Of a stretch of 64,000 nt of DNA, positions 52,175 to 64,000 are shown piece by piece; positions within the stretch are counted from its first letter, which is position 1; every line of letters begins with the position of its first letter. The notes under the pieces were generated by a model. The model was not told the origin of the DNA. It saw only the letters and a program-made list of their open reading frames with translations, and made no database searches. The translations under genes and the position numbers were made by a program. Source of the DNA: Octopus vulgaris (Eukaryota); NCBI GenBank assembly GCA_951406725.2, contig OX597821.1, positions 22,506,001 to 22,570,000 on the forward strand, in the 5' to 3' direction.

Positions 52175-52996
52175 TAGTAGGAGCTTGCTCCTGACACACC
52201 TTCCATTGACTCTTAACTAATTAAAAGCAAAAGCAGAAAAAAATATGTCTACTAAAAGCTATATAGAGAGCCGGTTTCTATGACGATCATCACCAGAAAG
52301 TGTTAAAAAATGAGATCGTAACACCCAAATATGCTAAAGTGAGCGATTCATCGTCGTTGTCTCCCTCCAGTATTTTTATGAGAAACAAACAAACAAAATG
52401 AGCAGGAGAGCAAGAAAAATTCAACATGATGGGGAGGAGATGAATATATGGTTGGTTAGTCTTTGAAAAATGCCGGTAAATGTTTGTTTTGGACCATTTT
52501 TAGCCCAAGAACAAAATGAAAAAACACACCAAAAGACTCGTTCTTTGAAGAAGAGCAGAAGTGGTCGTTCTCAGAAATTCTTGCTTGTCTTCTCAACATT
52601 ATTCTCTCATTCTCATATTTCCTTTTGAAACATTTTTTTTTATATATTCCATTTTTTGATCCTTTTTTGTTTAAGGGAGGTGAGATATTCTGTAATATTC
52701 TAATTTTCATTTTGATTTTTCTCTTTTTTTTTTCATTTTGATATATAAATTTAATCCCTTTCTTTTTTTCTCTCTCTCTCTCTCCACTCATACACAATAC
52801 CTTCACATTCTTTTGTATATTTTTTCCTTTGTTACATTTTTTAAGGAATTTAATTTTTACTTAACGCATTGAATAATAATAATAATAATAATAAGATATA
52901 CAAGAAATAGTACTACTTCAACTAACTGGAGCTTTTATTTAAATATTTTTATTTCTTTCTCTTAAAACAAAATTATTTTTTGGTGAAGTTAATGTA

Positions 52997-53029
<33 letters not shown>

Positions 53030-53314
53030 TAGTATTATTATTATTATTATTTAGTATTATTATTATTATTATTTAGTATTATTATTATTATTATTTAGTA
53101 TTATTATTATTATTAACATCATCATTGCCTTCCTATGTAAGCAGTAGCAACTGCAACAATTTACGTCAAACAAGATTTCATTAATGGTTTTTGTTTGATT
53201 TTTTTTTGTTAATCTTCTTTATTTTACTTTTATTTTGAATTTTGAAAATTTTTTTTCTCTTCAAGAATTGAGAGAAGACAAAAAGCTGACTCGTCACCGA
53301 AAATAATAACAAAT

Positions 53315-53345
<31 letters not shown>

Positions 53346-53883
53346 TAATTAATTATTATATTATAATAATATTATTATTAATACTGATAACCAAGATGTG
53401 TCTTTCCATATCATTCCACAGTACCAAGAAGCCTCTCAAAATCTATCTTTCTCTAATCCTCAATCACCAAACACTGGTCATGTTCCTGTATATTGTTCCC
53501 AGGCTTCCTTCGCTTTGACGCCCCTGCCCCTCGCCTTCTGCCCCGTCCCCTGTTTACCATCACGTCCACAACAACAACAACAACAACCACCGCCTCCACT
53601 GACCAATGGAACTATGAAACCATTTCAACTTCATGCATTTATTTCTAAAGTGTGACAAAAGTTTAAACAATGGCCCCTAACCTAGATACACGCACTTGTT
53701 CACACATACACACTCACTCACTCACTCTCACATAACAACACATACATATACAGACTCATGAGTATATACTTATACATACACGCACATGCAAGGGAGAATG
53801 TAACTGACAAAATTTGAAAGGAATATGAAATTTCCGTATAAGATCTCTGTATTTTTTGAGGATTTACATACAAATATAGGTAG

Positions 53884-53930
<47 letters not shown>

Positions 53931-53992
53931 TATGTATATATATATAATCCACACAAAAAGTATATATGCTCACTTGTATGTATATATGCATG

Positions 53993-54025
<33 letters not shown>

Positions 54026-54094
54026 CATATATATATATATGCATGCATATATATATATATATATATATATAATATACATATATATATATATGCA

Positions 54095-54137
<43 letters not shown>

Positions 54138-54149
54138 CATATATATATG

Positions 54150-54199
<50 letters not shown>

Positions 54200-54328
54200 T
54201 ACATATGCACACATAATTTTTTTTCCTGTTTTATATATTTTGAAAGTGAGATATATGCCAGAGTGTCAGAAGAGACTGCAACATCTGCAGAAGGAAGAAC
54301 TCACTCCTCCAGATCTCTCTCTCTCTGT

Positions 54329-54374
<46 letters not shown>

Positions 54375-56580
54375 CTCCTCCAATAACAAACAGCAATAAA
54401 ACAGCTTATATTCTCTCCATCTTGCACTACTTTAACAGCTAAACATGGCCTGGTATAACTTTGTCACCTGAAGGTGTTTCATAAAAAAGATAGGAAACTC
54501 TTTGTGTTTTTCTTCTTCTTTTGAATGAAACACAAAAAAAAAAATACCCCAAATAAAATGAAGAAAAGAAAATGATGAGTGGAAAAACAGTGGACTGAAA
54601 TAAAATATAAGATTTAAAAGAAAAAAAAAATAAAAGTCAAACATATATGCACTGTCAACACAGTATTAAAGTGTGCGTGTATATGTACATATATATATAT
54701 ATGTGTATATATATTATATAAACAGTTTTAATAGCCATTTGGCACATACAAATATGTAATATGCAAGGAAAATGGAAAAAAAAATGACTTTAGAAAAAAA
54801 ATAAATAACTGACTTTTTTATAAAGAAAATACTTGGAAGAAAAGCTGTCTGCATTGTGACAATCTGTTCCACACACACACACACAGGCACACAGACACAC
54901 ACACACACACAATGTTTGTTTATTTTTCTCTCAAGATTTTTGCCTACAAATCTCACCAACTGATTACACTGCTTTCTTTGTGAATATTGCTTTGCTTTAA
55001 ATTAGCAAGGTTTATTTCTTGGTAGTGGGGGGACATTCCTTTCTGTTTCTTGGGGTTCTGAAAGGACACTGCTTCTGGCTGGTCATGTTTATTGGTGCCT
55101 TGAATGGACATTGCTTCTGGCTGGCCAGGTTTTTGGTCTCCTGGATGGTGGGGAGTTTGTGGGCATCCTCCAATAGACATTGTTTCTGGCTGGCTGGGGT
55201 TTGTGGGTTTCTTAGAGGTATATTGCTTCTCTGTCTGGTGGAAATTTTGTGGGTTCCCTATGAAAAATATCTTTTGGCTGGCAAAAGTATCGCTTTTTTT
55301 TTTTTTTTAAATAAGGGGACACTGTGGCTGTACCTGTTGGTTCCTATAAGACAGCACGTTTAGTTGTGTTATTTGTTTATATCTTGCTTCTAGGTTGCAT
55401 TGCTTTACTGGAAGTATTTGTTGAAGAAGGGAGATGTCTTCTATGGAAAGAAAGAGAAAGGTACAGACACAAACAGACCGTGTACATTGTTCTTGTTGGT
55501 TGGCTTTTCTGCTTGTTCCTTCCTAGCACATTCCTTTTTGGTTATGTGTTGGTTTCCAAGCCATAATAGTCAGGTGTGTGCCCTACTTTGTTCCTTTTCC
55601 CCTTAGGCATTGCTTTCTCTTTTGTTTCTTTCCCAGGGTGTTCCTCCCCTTAAAAAAAAACTTTTTCTCGTTTTATTCGTTCATTGACAAAAATTCATTT
55701 TGGTGCAGGGGGCCATTTCATTGCACTGCATCCTGGGAAACTATTTTGCACTCTTGTCTGTCGTTCTTTAGCTTTTCATAAGGACTTTACTTTGATAGAA
55801 AGGGAAAAAGAGAGAGAACCTTTCTTCTAAAGACAAGAACAGTTTGCAGGCACAACAGTCTCTCTCTCTCTTTTTTGCTATCTCACTCACCCACACACAC
55901 ACATGCATGCATGGATGCACGTGTGCACAGAGAAATACATTTGACACAATGTTTACTTAGTGCAGATATTTCAGAGGTAACTTATTGAATTTTGTGGCAG
56001 TTTTACATCATCCAGTATGGAAACAGAGGGCTTTCTCTTTACAACACCCACCCTGAACTAACTGTACAAGGAGACGACTGATAATGCCAAGTTGTGTGAA
56101 TGAAACCAGTGTTCTCTCTCACACTCTACCTTCTGTCAGTCAACCCAGATCTTGTTGCCTTTATTTTTATTACCTCCCCTTCTCAAATGTCAAACCTGTC
56201 AAACAGAGATGTCATTGACATTTGGATGTGCTCAAGCTAGCAGATGAGGATCGTGACAAGGATGCCCCACCCTCCCTCTCCTCTTACTGAGTGTCACATG
56301 GATGGGGGTAGCAGCCCATAGCCAGAACATATTGTGTGTGTATGTGTGTGGCTAAAAGAGCCGACCAGCTATCACCTTACATTTGAATTAATCAATGTAG
56401 ACATCTCTCTCTCTCTCCCCTCCCAGTGCAGTGATGTGGTGTAAGGAAACAATGGAGCAGAGCTGACAGACAGACACACAGACAGACAGTAGAAAACTGT
56501 AGCATTTGAAGAAAGCTAAAACAAAAAAAAATTTTTTAAAGAAAAAAAGCTCTAGATAGTCCCGTGATAAATAATACAAA

Positions 56581-56617
<37 letters not shown>

Positions 56618-57127
56618 GTAGAACCCTTCACCCCTTTCCCCCCCACTATTTGACCTGTTCCAAGGGTGGGTAATGGGGTACTGCGGTGATGGTGTTGGTC
56701 TTGGCAGACAATTCCTCTCTTCCCCTTCTTTCTTGTCATCATTCGCAACAAGGTGGACGTTGACAGAAAGTGTGAGGGTTATATAGTTGGAGCACGTGAC
56801 CGCGTCGAGAGACGGTGGTCATGTGTGGAGTGGCATCCAGAACGAGGGAGACTTTTTTTTTGTAAGAAAACAGGCTGTGTGAGAGGAAGGACATAATATG
56901 ATGATGATGATGATGATGCTGATGATACTATTGATGTACAGGGCCACCGCCATTATTATTATTATCATTGTGGCCCTCTGCCACTTTCTGCACCATCACC
57001 AAGGTCCAGACTTATTTGTTCTACCTATCTGTTAACACACACACATATGCATATATGCACAAATATATGTATATGTACACATATAAGTTTGTATGTATAT
57101 ATCCATATATATCACAAATACTTGTGA

Positions 57128-57222
<95 letters not shown>

Positions 57223-57660
57223 TATATATATATATATATATCTCCAGAGCGAGATACAGCAAATGTAGATATGTGAAACTACAATACGTATGTATATATG
57301 CATATATGTGCATGTGTGTGTGTATATATATTATACATGCATAGCAATGTAGTTATATACACAAATGCACATCAGTGTAGATATGTGTATATTGAGTGTG
57401 TGTTTGTGTGGCTGCACAAAGCCATGTGTACATACATACAGATATGTACAATTGTGTATTATTTATATATGTGTGTATGTGTGTGTGTATACACACACAC
57501 ACAAACATACATATATATATATACATAAAACACAGGATATTCAGTACATGGTTTCCATATACAACAATGCATAAGTGTGTATATATATATATATATTATG
57601 TTTCAATTTCTTTCTTCTTTAAAATTTTATTTTATTAAAGACTACGTTTTTTGAAAAAAA
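52175..57660 (+). other. Putative long 3' UTR of the tetraspanin gene
   Basis: About 5.5 kb after the stop with no recognisable SINE/LINE copies, unlike the flanking DNA. AATAAA at 54552, 54599 and 54629; ATTAAA at 57634 followed by a U/GU-rich tract. The end point is inferred. Confidence 0.45.
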
Positions 57661-59652
57661 AATTCTTTGTGGTTTTAATTATTTATTTTGTTTGCTAATT
57701 AACCCTGTGTAACATGATTTCTTTCCTTGAATAATGACTGTTATTTCCTGTTTGTACAATCCCAAGGAAGTTTGAAAAATGGCTCTAATATTTTCTTCAA
57801 ACTTTGCTTTTGTTGCACTCACTCAAACCCGAAAGAATCCCTCTCAACACATGGTTATGATGCTCCCCCACTATTCCTGTTAATGGATCAGAGATGCACC
57901 TATTGATAGCCACTAAGAGACATGGTCAAGCAAATCAGGCATGGAGCAGAATATTTGCTATGATGATATTTCTGCTTCAGCAACTCAGTGCTCTCTTTAC
58001 TCTATTACTTGTTTCAGTCATTTGACTGCGGCCATGCTGGAGCACCGCCTTTAGTCGAGCAAATCGACCCCGGGACTTATTCTTTGTAAGCCCAGTACTT
58101 ATTCTATCGGTCTCTTTTGCCGAATTGCTAAGTGACGGAGATGTAAACACACCAGCATCGGTTGTCAAGCAATGCTAGGGGGACAAACACAGACACACAA
58201 ACATATACACACACATACATATATATATATATATACATATATACGACAGGCTTCTTTCAGTTTCCGTCTACCAAATCCACTCACAAGGCATTGGTCGGCC
58301 CGGGGCTATAGCAGAAGACACTTGCCCAAGATGCCACGCAGTGGGACTGAACCCGGAACCATGTGGTTGGTTAGCAAGCTACTTACCACATAGCCACTCC
58401 TGTGCTGAATCTCTCTGAAATGTAATGGGAAAGAGACCAGCTTCAAAACATTGATGTCCAGGTGACAAAAGCAAATTTTGAAAGAAATAGTAGACATTTC
58501 CTTTGATTTCCGAATAGAAGCAAATGGAAAATAACATTTACTGACCAAAGTGGGGGGGGGTGTTACAGTGTAATATTGTTGATATGGTGCTGTTAATGTT
58601 GGTTTGTTATCCAAGCTGTGATGGTAGATGGCTCAGTGGTTTGATTGTTGGGCTATCAATCATGAGGTGAGTTTGATTTCCGTACTGGGCTGTGTGTGTT
58701 GTGTCGAATTGATTGTTTATTCAAAAAATAAGCAGGTCATTGATATCTTGAAGCTACGAGATAATGAATGATTACTTCAAAAGAATGTGAATAAACAAGT
58801 ATTACAAGCATGTGAAGGTGCATGGCTGAATGGTTAGAGTGTCAAGTTCACAGTCATTAGATCGTGAGTTCAGTTCCTGGACGGGGCTGTGTTCATGAGT
58901 AAGACACTTTATTCCACATTGCGATGTCACTGGTGCCAAGCTGTATCAGCCTTTGCCTTTCTCTTGGATAACATCAGTGGCATAGAGCGGGGTGGCTGGT
59001 ATGTATAGGCAACTGCTGGTCTTTATTTCATGTTGCTCCAGGTCACTCAGCTGGCAAAAATGAGTAGTAACCCAAAGCAGTGTCCCTGTATGGCTAAAAC
59101 AGATAAAGGATACATTATGTCATAGTTTCAAGACTTCAGTGATGTGATTGTTTTTTATGAGTACCTATGAGATTCAAACCTGACTGATCTGAACATAAAG
59201 CAATCCTTTTGTTACTTCTGCTGAAATATATTGCCTTATAGAAGATTGTTATGTAAGGCCAGAACAATGCAAGTAAACTACAAAAGGAAAAGAAAACAAA
59301 ACAAGTTTCAGTGTTTCTATATTTCGAGGTGAAGACCCCTTTCTTCGGGACATTTGACCAACGCTGTTTTTCCAACTACATCTAAGCAACTCTTTCCAAA
59401 TGTCTTGAAGAAGGGGTTGTCAACCCTTACACAGCAACTTCTTTTTAAAGTCACAAGGCTTTGATTGACCCAGGACACTTATCCAAGATCACATGGGTTG
59501 GAAGCAAGGTTAACCCTTTAACATTTAAACCATATCTTTTTCAAGTTATACCACACAATGCTTCATCAAAACTACCACATTTTAATATTGCCTTCGTTTC
59601 AATTAGTTTTTGAAATAATGAAGTATTTAGTAAAATAACTCTCATTATTTAA

Positions 59653-60267
59653 CCCTTTCGTTACCAACCCGGCCAAATCTGGCTCTGTAGTATTAATGTC
59701 TTGTTTTCATAAGTTTTTCATAGTTGCAATTATGTTCCTAACACTAGCTTAATGATAAATAAGTTATTTTACTAAATTCTTTCATCATCATCATCATCAT
59801 TTAACGTCCGCTTTCCATGCTAGCATGGGTTGGACGGTTCAACTGGGGTCTGGGGAGCCGGAAAGCTGCACCAGTCCAGTCAGATCTGGCAGTGTTTCTA
59901 CAGCTGGATGCCCTTCCTAACGCCAACCACTCCGAGAGTGTAGTGGGTGATTTTATGTGCCACCGACACAGGTGCCAGACGAGGCTGGCAAACGGCCACG
60001 CTCGGATGGTGTTTTTTTATGTGCCACCGACACAGGTGCCAGACGAGGCTGGCAGACGGCCACGCTCGGATGGTGTTTTTATGTGCCACCGACACAGGTG
60101 CCAGATGAGGCTGGCAAACGGCCACGATCGGATGGTGCTTGTTACGTGCCCACAGCACGGAGGCCAGTCGATGCGGTACTGGCTACGGCCACGTTCGGAT
60201 GGTTTTCTTATTTAAAATAATTGAAAGAAACACAGAGCATCTCAAAATAAATACAGTAACGAAAGGG
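59653..60267. mobile_element. piggyBac-type MITE interrupted by an RTE 3' end
   Basis: TTAA|CCCTTTCGTTAC ... GTAACGAAAGGG|TTAA; body is the reverse complement of the 17911 family, split by the insert at 59783-60208. Confidence 0.8.
59783..60208 (-). mobile_element. RTE-type 3' UTR fragment with ~62-bp tandem repeat
   Basis: Same sequence family as 36283-36682; older relatives at about 7054-7230, 12715-13120, 44050-44340, 49160-49335 and 62430-62600. Confidence 0.75.
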
Positions 60268-60969
60268 TTAAGTGGATGTCTGGAACGAAATAACATAAAA
60301 TTTTGATGTAATTTAAGTCATTTTAAAACAGTTTCTGTCATAGAACCAAAGGTGGTCTCAGGGGCAGGTTGGGATTAAAATGAACCAAATGCTAAAAGGG
60401 TTAAGGTTAGGCTGTGGTTCATTATAAAAAAAAAAACCAGGGCTGTGAGATCAATACACAAAATCTTCCATATAGATGCTGTGTGGTAAAATGTTTGCTT
60501 CTCAACCACATGGTTTTGAGTTCAATCCCACTGCATGGTACCTTGTGTTAGTGTCTTGTGCTATAACCTCAGGCTGACCAGAGCCTTGTGAGTGGATTTG
60601 GTCGACAGAAACTGAAAGAAGCCCATCATATGTATGTGTCTCCTACCTCCGCTTAACAACTGGTTTTGGTGTGATTATATCCCTGTAACTTAGCAGTTCA
60701 GCAAAGGTGACTTACAGAATAAGTGCTAGGCTCAACAAAAAAGATTATAAGTACTAAGGTTGACCCATCTTACTGGTGGTGCCCTAGCATGATTGCTACT
60801 AATTAATGGCTAAAACAAGTAAAAAATAGAAGATACAGGCACTTAAAAGTCAAGTTGTGTCTCAAGTTCCATGACTCACTGGGCCAGTTACCCTGTTTCC
60901 ATGGAGTATAAGTGACCAAGATCCAATATTTTGATCTAGCATCAAAATATGTGCCAGTCTATAACAGAG

Positions 60970-61386
60970 CATTAATAAATCTCCGAACGAGATGTAAACA
61001 GTAACCGCTCGACAACGTAAAGTGTACTAGCCATCTGAATGTGGCTAGCCACTGGGGGTGGGTGTTACTGAAGCTTTTAGCCCCAGGAGATCGTCGTCTC
61101 CAGCTGGCTTTAGACACACTTTCTGTGCCCTTCTGATATTCGCAAAGGGAGGTCATCCCCTCTCGAAAAACCTAAGTGATACATACGGACTATAGTTTCG
61201 AGGTTTTTGCCTCTCGTCAACGTATGGTAAACACCGGTTTTCGATTGGGGAGACCTGTTTGCAAATATTTATTTAATGTTTTTCCCAGCAACCACAGTCA
61301 CTGATTTAGAAAAACTGTCTGAAAGCATTAATAAATCTCTGAATGAGATGTAAACAGTAATCGCTCGACAACGTAAAGTGTACTGG
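60970..61386 (-). mobile_element. Retrozyme/Penelope-like non-coding element with terminal direct repeats and a hammerhead ribozyme
   Basis: 61-bp direct repeats 60968-61028 and 61324-61384 (3 mismatches, period 356), CAGAG duplication on both sides (60965-60969, 61387-61391), inserted in an older SINE, no meaningful ORF, one hammerhead motif inside. Confidence 0.75.
61182..61226 (-). ncRNA. Minimal type-I hammerhead ribozyme motif
   Basis: Minus strand reads CAUACG-UUGACGA-GAGG caaaaa CCUC-GAAA-C UAUA G-UC^-CGUAUG: 6-bp stem I, 4-bp stem II, palindromic stem III, GUC cleavage triplet. The only core deviation is C3U. Confidence 0.85.
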
Positions 61387-62217
61387 CAGAGTTATTCATG
61401 TACCGCTGAGTGGACAGGAGAAACCTGAAGTTGTTTTAATCAAAAACAATACACCACTCAGTCCAGAAATTGAAACCATGACCTTGCAGTTTTGAGTGTA
61501 ATGCCCTAACTACTTGGTCATGCGTATTCATGTGTGTTTTAACCCTTTACCATTCAGATTACTTCGTTAAATGTAATGCGTATTTATGCACATTGTTTTG
61601 AATTAATTGTGCATAATCTCATGATTTCAAGAGGCCAGATCTAGCTGGTTTGAACATAAAACAAAAATATTTAGGCCAGATATGGGTTAACCTTGTTTTA
61701 TTCAGCTGAATACACGTCATTGATTGGTTGAAATTACTGAAATACGACAACTTTAACAAGAAATAACTTCCAAAAAAGATGTTTTATGTGACACATTGTA
61801 CCAGTATACGAAGTTTGAAAGTGTTTAGTTACAAAAAATTATTTTTTAAATCTGTTAGTTAAAAGGTAAAGATCCCCAAAATCTAAGTTAAAATTAATGA
61901 TTGAACACCTAAAGCAACTTAAATAACCATTTTAATCCTTTTTAATACCAATCAATTGGTGACTGTCCCCTAATTCCACGATACAAACTTCTAATACAGC
62001 TCCAAGCTGATCAAAGCCTTATGTGTAGATTTGGTAGACAGAAACTGAAAGAAGCTTATTGTATGTGTGTGTGTTATGGTCTTGTTTTGACACCATGTGA
62101 TAGTTGTAAATGATAAGGGTTAACCTTGTTTCCAACCCATGTGATCTTGGGTAAGTGTCCTGGGTCAATCAGATTCTTGTGACTGGATTTGGCAGATGGA
62201 AACTGAAAGGAACTACT

Positions 62218-62248
<31 letters not shown>

Positions 62249-63871
62249 CAATGTATATGTGTGCACCTTTGTATGGCAAGGGTGCTCGCATATTCATCAT
62301 GGTTGTAAATGAGCACTATTATTATACAAGTAATGTTCACTTCCAGTTTTCCATGGAGAAATATTAACTTTAAAACAGGTGAAGGTTGGTAACAGGTAAA
62401 AAGCATTGCTGTGGATGCTGGTAGCATGGTATTGGTGCCACATAAAAAGCACCCCAGTACTCTATGGAGTGATTAACATTAGGAAGGGCATCCAGCCAAA
62501 ACAGAGGCAATGGAAGTTGGTGCAGCCCCTGACTTTCGCCAATTCTTATCAAGCCGTTCAACTGATGCAAGCATGGAAAATGGGCATTAAATCTTGATGA
62601 GTCAATTCAACTAGATATACATTCATAGAAGCCCTTAGATCCAATTTAATTATTCTCAAATTAATGTCTGTGAAATTGGACATATTAATATATTATCTGT
62701 TACTTTTTACATTCAGTTGGAATCAGTACATTTTTACCAACTACAATCTACAGTCCTGCTTACAACTTCTCAAATATGAAGTGGTTATCATTATTATAAA
62801 TATAATTGAATAACCTAATGCTCTTGAAATTACTGGCACTGTTCCAAAATATGAAACAGTTATTACTGATATGGCAGAATGGGCTAAAGCACCCTAACCC
62901 TAACTCTATGATGTTCAGTTGTCTCTCTTCACATTCTAGGTTATAAGATGAGGGAGTGGTAGTGTAAAGTAAAGTCAATACCTATTTCTTTACTGCCCAC
63001 AAGGGGCTACACACAGGGGGGACAAACAAGGACAGACAAACGGATTAAGTCTATTATATCGACCCCAGTGCATAACTGGTACTTAATTTATCAACCCCGA
63101 AAGGATGAAAAGCAAAGTCGACCTCAGCGGAATTTGAACTCACAACGTAACAGCAGAAGTAAAGTAAATACCAGTGTATTACTAGTACCTCTGACTGTAG
63201 AACCTTAGGAATAATTGGGGAGGAAACTATAAGGAATCTGAGTGACATACAAGCTGCCCACTGCTACAGTGCACTAAAGAATATGGGCAAAAGAAACTGA
63301 AGTCACAGCACCTAAACCTCAAGCCAGCGTCATGGATCAGAAAGCATGGAATAACATCATTGCCAGAGTCCATCATCCAGTGGCATCCACAACGTATTGG
63401 TTGAGAGGACAGCCTCCCCCTCTGGTGGTTACCAGCTAGAGATTTTACTTACTGGTTTTTGTGGACTATTGGAAATGAAGGACACTGCTTGTGTGATGCT
63501 GACACTTGTTTACAACTATCACATGGTGTCAAAACAAGGAGACCATAACACACACACATACAATAAGCTTCTTTCAGTTTCTGTCTACCAAATCTACACA
63601 TAAGGCTTTGATCAGCTTGGAGCTGTATTAGAAGTTTGTATCATGGAATTAGGGGACAGTCACCAATTGATTGGTATTAAAAAGGATTAAAATGGTTACT
63701 GCCCTTCTTTGTCAACAACAACTATCGGTGGTGTATATTTCGTTTGTCACTGTTATTTATGACATATTTCATCTCAGTTACGTTTGTATGAATAAACGAG
63801 TGTATCTGAAGCATGTTTACTTCATGGCACCACCATAATCATTCTTGCTTCATTTTTCATTTTTTTCCGTA

Positions 63872-64000
63872 ACTCTAGCCCTAAAACCCCAACCCTAACC
63901 CTAACCCTAAAACCTTAACCCTAACTCTAACCCTAACCCTAACTCTAAAACCCTAACCCTAAAACCTTAACCCTAACTCTAACCCTAACTCTAAAACCCT
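63872..64000. repeat. Degenerate (CCCTAA)n telomere-like repeat running off the window edge
   Basis: CCCTAA units mixed with CTCTAA, CCTTAA and CCCTAAAA variants. Confidence 0.9.

Noticed and set aside
54953-55781. Overlapping hydrophobic ORFs downstream of the gene
   Set aside because: T/G-rich low-complexity sequence with short degenerate repeats; no domain or splice support.
59320-59430. Short inverted repeat with a hammerhead-like remnant (CCGAAGA...CCUCGAAA on the minus strand)
   Set aside because: Core and cleavage triplet too degenerate to call a ribozyme; at most a decayed Penelope-like end.
63872-64000. True chromosome end
   Set aside because: The C-rich strand is on + at the right edge and the units are degenerate, which does not fit a terminal telomere here.

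Overview
AT-rich, microsatellite-dense animal genomic DNA. The repeat landscape (tRNA-derived SINEs with internal (TA)n/(TG)n, RTE/CR1/Tx1 LINE remnants, Tc1/mariner, hAT, piggyBac and Helitron elements) suggests a coleoid cephalopod, probably Octopus (inference). The only host gene is a + strand tetraspanin: seven GT-AG exons (14628-14828, 27443-27517, 41772-41891, 48359-48452, 48744-48886, 50428-50511, 52097-52174) splice in frame to 264 aa plus stop. The protein has the CCG, PxSCC and EGC motifs and a 6-Cys large loop. I did not find the first coding exon (ATG and start of TM1); it probably lies upstream of the window. Almost all other ORF-track entries are microsatellite or SINE read-throughs. 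The best candidate for an undescribed system is a 417-bp ORF-less element (60970-61386). It has 61-bp terminal direct repeats (356-bp period), a 5-bp target duplication and one minimal type-I hammerhead ribozyme, i.e. a retrozyme/Penelope-like unit that could make a ~356-nt circular RNA. Several more hammerhead motifs lie in the introns; the best-preserved ones are antisense to the gene. Other highlights: a DD36E (Incomer-type) Tc1 fragment, a three-level nested SINE stack with target duplications, a SINE-RTE chimera under one duplication, a local inversion with duplicated breakpoints, and interstitial CCCTAA repeats at the right edge. Repeat boundaries were read by eye and may be off by a few bases.
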